Shown: positions 57,829 through 64,000 of the stretch, piece after piece | How positions within the stretch are numbered: position 1 is the stretch's first letter | How the letters are laid out: every line of letters starts with the position of its first letter | Source of the DNA: Candidatus Bathyarchaeota archaeon | GTDB lineage: Archaea; Thermoproteota; Bathyarchaeia; Bathyarchaeales; Bathycorpusculaceae | Direction: 5' to 3' | DNA length: 64,000 nucleotides | Assembly (NCBI GenBank): GCA_963715865.1 | Contig: OY970280.1 | Span: forward strand, 896,001-960,000 | Notes under the pieces: generated by a model | Databases searched by the model: none | Told to the model about the DNA's origin: nothing | Seen by the model: the letters and a program-made list of their open reading frames with translations, nothing else | Made by a program: the position numbers and the translations under genes

Positions 57829-58560
57829 TTAAAGCAACATAGCCTGCTTCAGATCATCCATCGATATTTTTCCTGAATGCAAAGCAGTAGCCACCAACAC
57901 GCCTGACACACCCAAATTCTGCAACTCAACTAAATCCTTAATGTCTCTCACTCCACCACCAACATAAACATCTATTGATATGTCTTCAAGCACTTTCTTC
58001 AAAAAATTAACATTAACTCCTTCACCACTACCAACACGCGCCAAATCCAAAACAATAACTCCTGAAACACCCATTTCCTTAAACTCACGCAAAAGACACA
58101 TAGGACTCTTGCAACCAGCAAACCCCAATTTAACAAGGACTTTGTCACCCTTCAAGTCTAAGCTAACAATCACGTGGTCGCTTCCGAAAAGCCTGACCGC
58201 TTCACCCACGAAGCTTTTGCTTTGCAGCGTTTCTGTTCCAATAACAACTTTTGAAACTCCGCAGTCCAGCAATTTCTTCGCCGTTTCAAGGTCAGCTGCT
58301 CCAGCATCTACCATCAACTTAAGGCTGGTTTCGTCAACGATACGTTTGAGAACCTGAGAATTCACTGAGCCACGGGTGATTGCGTCTAAATCTGCAATGT
58401 AAAGCTCGCTGAATCCCAGCTTTTTGAATGCTTTAGCAACCTCTAACGGTTCAACCGACTTGCACAGGTTGCTTTGGAGCGGTTGATACTCTCGCCTTTT
58501 TCCCCTGACAGCATGAACCACTACGCCGTTTAAAATGTCGATTACCGGTATAACCTTCAA
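57829..58560 (-). CDS. HisA/HisF-related TIM-barrel protein
   Basis: VIPVIDILNGVVVHA, YIADLDAI, LDLARVGSG, VGGGVRD. Confidence 0.85.
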   Translation of the reverse strand: MKVIPVIDILNGVVVHAVRGKRREYQPLQSNLCKSVEPLEVAKAFKKLGFSELYIADLDAITRGSVNSQVLKRIVDETSLKLMVDAGAADLETAKKLLDCGVSKVVIGTETLQSKSFVGEAVRLFGSDHVIVSLDLKGDKVLVKLGFAGCKSPMCLLREFKEMGVSGVIVLDLARVGSGEGVNVNFLKKVLEDISIDVYVGGGVRDIKDLVELQNLGVSGVLVATALHSGKISMDDLKQAMLL

Positions 58561-58665
58561 GTTCTCAGCCTATCCATGAATTGTCTCTTAACGAATAGAA
58601 AAACCTAACCGTCACTACAGCAAAACTTTTAAAGGCATCGTTAATCCGCATGAGTATGATGCTAT

Positions 58666-59406
58666 TTGAAGTTACTCATTAGCCCCACGAACGAAAAAGA
58701 AGCCTCTGAAGCCATCGCTGGAGGCGCAGACATAATAGACGTAAAAAATCCCCAAGAGGGAGCGTTAGGCGCCAATTTTCCATGGGTTATCAAGCGAATA
58801 AGAGAAATCACGCCAAAACACATCCAAGTAAGCTGCACACTGGGAGAAATTCCGAACCTTCCAGGCTCCATATCATTGGCCGCGTTAGGTGCAGCATCAT
58901 TAGGGGTTGATTACATTAAAGTAGGGCTTTACGGACTAAAAACGCCTAAAGAAGCCACCTATTTGCTGCAGAACGTCAACAAAGCTGCCAAAGAATGCAA
59001 TCCTAAAATCAAAGTGGTAGCCACAGGCTACGCGGATGCAGAAAGAACAGGTGCAATAGAGCCGCTGCTAATTCCCGAAATAGCATTTAAGGCTCAAGTG
59101 GACGTAGCAATGATTGACACAGCCGTTAAAGATGGCAAAAGCATCTTCACTTTCTTAACCGTTAAGCAACTTGAAAAATTCGTTGATTCCGCGCATAACC
59201 TTGGCTTGGAAGCGGCGTTGGCTGGTTCGTTAAGAAAACAAGACTTGCCTGTAGTGTATGCTTTAGGCGCTGATATAGCAGGTTTACGCGGTGCAGCCTG
59301 CAAAAAAAACGATAGAGTCAAAGGTCAAATTACCAGAAAACTAGTGCATGAACTAGTTGAAACTGTCAAGCAAGCGGAAATGCAAGCCAACATAAAGAGG
59401 GTTTAA
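58666..59406 (+). CDS. mfnB: (5-formylfuran-3-yl)methyl phosphate synthase
   Basis: LLISP...GGADIIDVKNP.EG.LGA, MIDTAVKDG, LAGSL, GLRGAAC. Confidence 0.92.
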   Translation: MKLLISPTNEKEASEAIAGGADIIDVKNPQEGALGANFPWVIKRIREITPKHIQVSCTLGEIPNLPGSISLAALGAASLGVDYIKVGLYGLKTPKEATYLLQNVNKAAKECNPKIKVVATGYADAERTGAIEPLLIPEIAFKAQVDVAMIDTAVKDGKSIFTFLTVKQLEKFVDSAHNLGLEAALAGSLRKQDLPVVYALGADIAGLRGAACKKNDRVKGQITRKLVHELVETVKQAEMQANIKRV

Positions 59407-59409
59407 TCA

Positions 59410-60546
59410 TTGCGTGATAAGGGGTTAAGCAGAAAAGCGGTGCTGGCGGAGCTCAAAAGAACCAGTGAAAAAGACAGGCGGTATGATGACGGAAAAATTT
59501 TGTGTTCAATGTGCACAAAACCCCATCCCTTAGCAGAAAAGGCTTATCGACTGTTTTTAAGCTCCAATCTGGGTGACCCAGGACTCTTTCCCGGAAGCGC
59601 TCAACTTGAAAAAGAAGTCATAAACGAACTGGCAACGCTTCTTCATGGTGAAAACTGCGTTGGCTTCCTTGTTTCAGGTGGAACAGAAGCGAACTTGATG
59701 GCGCTTTTAGCTGCACGAAACATGGTACGTGTCAGTCAACCGGAAGTGGTTTTGCCAGAATCAGCTCATTTTTCTTTCACTAAAATTTGTAACCTGTTGA
59801 ATCTAGAGCCAGTTTACGCAGGTTTAGATAGCTCTTTTAGAGTTAGCTCTTCGTCGGTTGAAAAATGCGTCAGCAAGAACACAGTCGCCATAGTCGGCAC
59901 GGCTGGAACAGCTGAATTAGGCGTTATTGACCCCATCGACGAGCTATCTCGCATCGCTTCTGAGCATAATGTTTGGTTGCATGTTGACGCAGCCTTCGGC
60001 GGCTTAGTAATCCCATTTCTAACCAACACTAAGTACAATTTTGATTTCAATTTAGAAGCTGTGAAGTCCGTCACCGTTGACCCGCACAAGATGGGTATGG
60101 CGGCAATCCCTGCAGGAGGAATCATCTTTCGAGACAGCAAAACCTTGGATTTTATTAAAACTGAAACGCCTTACTTAACTGACGAGTTCCAGTACACCTT
60201 TGTTGGAACAAGAACAGGTGCATCCGCAGCCTCAGCATGGGCAGTTTTTAAATCTCTCGGCATGGAAGGATTCACTAAAATAGTTGGCAACTGCGTGAAA
60301 ATTACTCGACTTTTGACTGTTGGGCTCAGAAATGCTGGGTTTAAACTTGTCGTGGAGCCAACTTTGAATATAGTAGCTTTTCGCAGTAGGCAGAGCACCA
60401 AGCATCTGGCAGAAAAACTTTGGGAACGTGGCTGGTTTGTCTCTTATGTTCCACGCTATGACTGCATTAGAATTGTTGTAATGCCTCACGTGAAGAAGCA
60501 GCATGCTTTGGCATTTCTGAAAGATTTAATTGAAATCGATTCTTGA
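59410..60546 (+). CDS. mfnA: Tyrosine/aspartate decarboxylase (PLP)
   Basis: SMCTKPH, SGGTEAN, HVDAAFGG, TVDPHK. Confidence 0.92.
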   Translation: MRDKGLSRKAVLAELKRTSEKDRRYDDGKILCSMCTKPHPLAEKAYRLFLSSNLGDPGLFPGSAQLEKEVINELATLLHGENCVGFLVSGGTEANLMALLAARNMVRVSQPEVVLPESAHFSFTKICNLLNLEPVYAGLDSSFRVSSSSVEKCVSKNTVAIVGTAGTAELGVIDPIDELSRIASEHNVWLHVDAAFGGLVIPFLTNTKYNFDFNLEAVKSVTVDPHKMGMAAIPAGGIIFRDSKTLDFIKTETPYLTDEFQYTFVGTRTGASAASAWAVFKSLGMEGFTKIVGNCVKITRLLTVGLRNAGFKLVVEPTLNIVAFRSRQSTKHLAEKLWERGWFVSYVPRYDCIRIVVMPHVKKQHALAFLKDLIEIDS

Positions 60547-61793
60547 AGGCGCACCATTTGAAGGTTATTGTTTACGAGCACATTTCAGGCGGTGGATACG
60601 CAGGGCAGCCTATTCCACCTAGCGTTTTATCTGAAGGGTTTGGAATGTTGCGCTCCCTTGTTTCTAATTTTAAAGCTGCAGGACACGAGGTAACAGTTTT
60701 ACTTGATGCGAGGATTTCAAAACTGAATCCGCCCATAGCTGTCGACTGCATAGTCCCCGTTTTTTATCCTCAAGAACCCAAAAAATTCCTCGTTAATGTA
60801 GCTAAAATTAATGATGCGGCTTACGTTGTTGCCCCTGAAACAGGACAAACCCTGCAGTCACTTGTGGAACTTGTAGAGCAGACGGGTAAGGTTTCGCTTA
60901 ACTGTGAATCCAGCGCTATTCAAATGGTTGCAGATAAAGCGGTTCTCTGCGAGATTTTGAAAAAAAATGGTCTGCCCACGCCTAAAACATTGGTACTCAA
61001 TGTTGCTGATGGTTTAGCGGAAGTTAAGCGAGCTATCAAAAGCAAGTTAAGTTATCCTGTAGTGTTCAAGCCTATGGATGGTGTCAGCTGCGGCGGCTTA
61101 AGCGTCGTTAAAGAAGAAGATGCCCAAGTGGAGAAAGCCATTGCAAAAATAAAAGCTGAATCGGCAGGGAAGCGTTTTATTATTCAAGAATTTGTTGAAG
61201 GCGAAGCTGCAAGCGTCAGCTTACTTTCCGCAAGAGGCAAAGCGTTGGCAATTAGCTTAAACAAGCAAAGCGTCAAGGTTGCTACGCCAGGGGCAGTTTC
61301 AAGTTATGAAGGCGGTGCTGTTCCCTTTAACCATCCGCTTAAGCAAGAAGCTTTTGCTGTGGCAAAGAAGGTTGTTGAGTCCTATCCTGGCTTAAGAGGA
61401 TATGTGGGGGTTGACTTGGTTTTGGCACAGGATAAACCGTTTGTGGTAGATGTTAATCCACGGTTAACGACGTCTTACGTTGGCTTATCTAGAGTTGCCG
61501 ATTTTAACGTTGCTCAGGCATTAGTTAACGCTGTTTTGAAAAGTGAGCTTCCAGCTAAACACGAAAGCCACGGTTTCGCTTGTTTCTCAAAAATAGAAAC
61601 GCCCAAGCCAACAATTAGCGCTTTCCAAAAAGCGGCTCAAATAAGCGAAGTTGTTTCGCCTCCTTTTCCATTAAACGATAACACCAAAGCATGCTCACTA
61701 ATCGCTGGTCATGGTGACTCCTTGGAGAATGCAAGGTTACGGTTAGAAGAAGCTAAAAAGCGCACACTCAACATTATCAGCAGAGGAAAATAG
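60543..61793 (+). CDS. mfnD: ATP-grasp ligase, probable tyramine-L-glutamate ligase
   Basis: VAPET, VVFKPMDG, GYVGVDLV, DVNPRLTTSY; context in mfn cluster. Confidence 0.72.
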   Translation: MKAHHLKVIVYEHISGGGYAGQPIPPSVLSEGFGMLRSLVSNFKAAGHEVTVLLDARISKLNPPIAVDCIVPVFYPQEPKKFLVNVAKINDAAYVVAPETGQTLQSLVELVEQTGKVSLNCESSAIQMVADKAVLCEILKKNGLPTPKTLVLNVADGLAEVKRAIKSKLSYPVVFKPMDGVSCGGLSVVKEEDAQVEKAIAKIKAESAGKRFIIQEFVEGEAASVSLLSARGKALAISLNKQSVKVATPGAVSSYEGGAVPFNHPLKQEAFAVAKKVVESYPGLRGYVGVDLVLAQDKPFVVDVNPRLTTSYVGLSRVADFNVAQALVNAVLKSELPAKHESHGFACFSKIETPKPTISAFQKAAQISEVVSPPFPLNDNTKACSLIAGHGDSLENARLRLEEAKKRTLNIISRGK

Positions 61794-61794
61794 C

Positions 61795-62868
61795 TTGGTA
61801 GACGTGTTAGGCTACGATATTGGAGGCGCCAACACTAAAGCCGCCTTCATAAGCACACAAAACGGAAAGCTTCAAGATGCCCGCGTGGCAGTGGAGTACT
61901 TCCCAGTTTGGAAAGAGCCGGAAAAACTCACTATTGTCCTTTTAACGCTTAAAGAGCGGTTAGGCGCTAACAGGCTTGACGGTTTAGGAGTAACCATGAC
62001 CGCTGAATTATCTGATGCTTACACAACTAAGCGTGAAGGCGTCCACCATATTTTAGCATGCGTTAGAAAAGCTTTCTCTGATGCGCCTATTTACGTTTTG
62101 AACACTGAAGCAAAATTAGATCCCCTCGACGCCGCCGAACAGGAGCCGCTTGGCGTTGCCGCTGCTAATTGGGTTGCAACAGGCTGGTTGGTAGCCCAGC
62201 GAGTTAAAGATTGCGTGGTGGTTGATGTTGGAAGTACAAGCGCCAGCATCATTCCCATAGTGGACGGGCAGGTTGCAGCTAAAGGTAAAACGGATTTGGA
62301 TAAGCTCATGTGCGGAGAGCTTGTATACAATGGAAGTTTAAGAACGAATGTTGCTGCAATTGTGCATTCTGTTCCAGTTAAGAACGGGGTTGCCGTTGTC
62401 GCTTCGGAACTGTTCGCGTTATCTGGCGATGTTCACCTAGCATTAGGCAACATCACTGAGAGGGACTATACTTGTGAAACAGCTGATGGTCGAGGAAAAA
62501 CTTTGCCTGAAGCTTTAGCGCGGTTAGCTAGAGTAGTCTGCGCTGACACAGAAATGTTGACTCAACAAGAAATCGTTAACATATCGAAGTACATTTATGA
62601 TAAACAAGTCATGCAGGTCGCCGAAGGCTTAACCAAAGTCTACTCCTATACAAAAGCGCTGACTTCCAGTAAGGTTCCAGTGGTGGTTACGGGTCTAGGC
62701 AAAGATTTCATCGCAAGGAAAGCCGCTGAGAAAATTAGCGTTGACGCCATAGTTGATTTGGGAGCGTTAATGCAAAACGATGCTGCCGTGGCTACTCCTG
62801 CATTTGGCGTTGCCTTGATGGTTGCAAGCAAACTTGAAGGAGAAATCGTCAAATGGATGCCACAATAG
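61795..62868 (+). CDS. mfnF: Hydantoinase-like methanofuran precursor synthase
   Basis: DIGGANTK, VTMTAELSD, AAANW, DVGSTS. Confidence 0.85.
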   Translation: MVDVLGYDIGGANTKAAFISTQNGKLQDARVAVEYFPVWKEPEKLTIVLLTLKERLGANRLDGLGVTMTAELSDAYTTKREGVHHILACVRKAFSDAPIYVLNTEAKLDPLDAAEQEPLGVAAANWVATGWLVAQRVKDCVVVDVGSTSASIIPIVDGQVAAKGKTDLDKLMCGELVYNGSLRTNVAAIVHSVPVKNGVAVVASELFALSGDVHLALGNITERDYTCETADGRGKTLPEALARLARVVCADTEMLTQQEIVNISKYIYDKQVMQVAEGLTKVYSYTKALTSSKVPVVVTGLGKDFIARKAAEKISVDAIVDLGALMQNDAAVATPAFGVALMVASKLEGEIVKWMPQ

Positions 62869-63521
62869 TGAAAGTTGGCGGCAGCTTAGCGTTATACCCT
62901 GAGAAGCTAAGAGCCTTATGCGCAAAATTAAGCGAAATCTCCACGAAGCATAAGCTAATAGTGGTGCCGGGAGGCGGCGAATTCGCTGATGTTGTAAGGG
63001 ACTTAGATAAACGGTTTAAATTATCCCGTGAGGCTTCGCATTGGATGGCAATTTTAGGCATGGACCAATATGGTTTCTTGTTGTCTAATTTGATGCCGTG
63101 CTCTTGCGCCGTAAATCAGCTTGAAAATGCTCAAAAAGTTTTGGATTCGGGGAAATTGCCAGTTTTTTTGCCTTCTAATTTGTTGCTTAGCAAGGACCCA
63201 TTGGAGAACTCGTGGGATGTAACTTCAGATTCCATCGCCGTTTACATTGCAGGTCAACTGAACACAAGCAAAGCTTTGTTGGTGACTGACGTTGATGGGA
63301 TTTATACATGTGACCCTAAAAAGCATTCAGATGCTAAATTGATTAAGAGGTTATCAGCTAAAGAGCTTCTAATGATTAATAAGCGAACAAGTGTTGACAA
63401 GTTTTTGCCTAAATTGCTCGTGCAGTTGCAGATTAAATGTTTTGTTGTTAATGGGCTGTATCCTGAGAGGGTTGAGGCTGTTTTAGATGGACGAGATGCT
63501 GTTTGCACATTAATTAATTAG
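62853..63521 (+). CDS. mfnE: Amino-acid-kinase-family furan kinase
   Basis: VKVGGSL, VPGGGEFAD, SWDVTSDSI, TDVDGI. Confidence 0.85.
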   Translation: MDATIVKVGGSLALYPEKLRALCAKLSEISTKHKLIVVPGGGEFADVVRDLDKRFKLSREASHWMAILGMDQYGFLLSNLMPCSCAVNQLENAQKVLDSGKLPVFLPSNLLLSKDPLENSWDVTSDSIAVYIAGQLNTSKALLVTDVDGIYTCDPKKHSDAKLIKRLSAKELLMINKRTSVDKFLPKLLVQLQIKCFVVNGLYPERVEAVLDGRDAVCTLIN

Positions 63522-63542
63522 CAAGTCCTGTGGATGCTTTTT

Positions 63543-63821
63543 TTATTTAGATCGCATTATCACTTGAGTTTCATAAGCAGGCATCATAGACTGGCGCTTA
63601 CTTTTTGTTCCAACGATTTTTTGCAGTTCCAACCATTTTTCCAAAAAGATTAATCCTTTTCCTGTTATTTTTAATTTCTTTTGACCACAATTCTCGTCCA
63701 CAAGCTCTAACCATTCGCGCAGAAGCAGTTGCATAATGCAATTTTGAAGCACAGCATAGGAAATATTTGTTTGGCGTCTGATGTAGGTTTTAGTTTGAGG
63801 GCTTCTGCATGAACTAAGCAT
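63543..63821 (-). CDS. Winged-helix DNA-binding protein
   Basis: In-frame upstream KKRDRIQIVAE-MLSSC...TNISYAVL...KITGKG. Confidence 0.75.
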   Translation of the reverse strand: MLSSCRSPQTKTYIRRQTNISYAVLQNCIMQLLLREWLELVDENCGQKKLKITGKGLIFLEKWLELQKIVGTKSKRQSMMPAYETQVIMRSK

Positions 63822-64000
63822 CTCCGCGACGATTTGAATGCGGTCTCTCTTCTTGTTAAAAGCCGTTCCTTCCTTCCTCTAAGGGATTGGCAGTTAGTCA
63901 GGCAATTAAACGTTTGTTGTAGCGGTTTAGCAGTCACAAATAAGACTGGTAAAAAGAAAATTAGAAAAAGGAAAATTGGAAGCTTGCGTTTAGATTTTTT

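Noticed and set aside
266-63937. Numerous short antisense or nested ORFs in the ORF track (e.g. 266-592, 11509-12084, 20355-20882, 57980-58357)
   Set aside because: Shadows of well-supported genes on the opposite strand or in another frame.

Overview
Archaeal genomic window, most consistent with Bathyarchaeia (inferred from gene content: TBP, pelota, TFS, archaeal RNase P RNA, a methanofuran cluster and an Fpo-like group 4 [NiFe] hydrogenase). Core blocks are 1.7-25.6 kb (two ABC systems, FrhB-CBS fusion, 10-gene complex-I-like hydrogenase operon, proBA, pelota, TBP), 38.4-39.9 kb (Mrr-like gene, AK6-type kinase, rnpB) and 54.6-64 kb (TFS, thioredoxin, pelota paralog, mfnB-A-D-F-E). Mobile DNA comprises the edge of an element at tRNA-Gly(GCC), a ~12.7 kb provirus-like element (25.6-38.4 kb; primase-helicase, large surface protein, two atypical tyrosine recombinases), two tandem elements inserted at the 3' end of the RNase P RNA gene, and a toxin-antitoxin-rich stretch (51-54 kb). 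The main finding is a 25-bp block from the rnpB 3' end that occurs three times (39896, 44436, 50952). In every copy it reads in one frame as KAGYNQHT. The second and third copies are each preceded by a short in-frame ATG-started ORF, and the first is followed in frame by an integrase. This points to an SSV1-style att-split integrase whose target is the RNase P ribozyme rather than a tRNA, carried by a 4.5 kb rolling-circle-like element. No database searches were run; all family assignments come from motif recognition.
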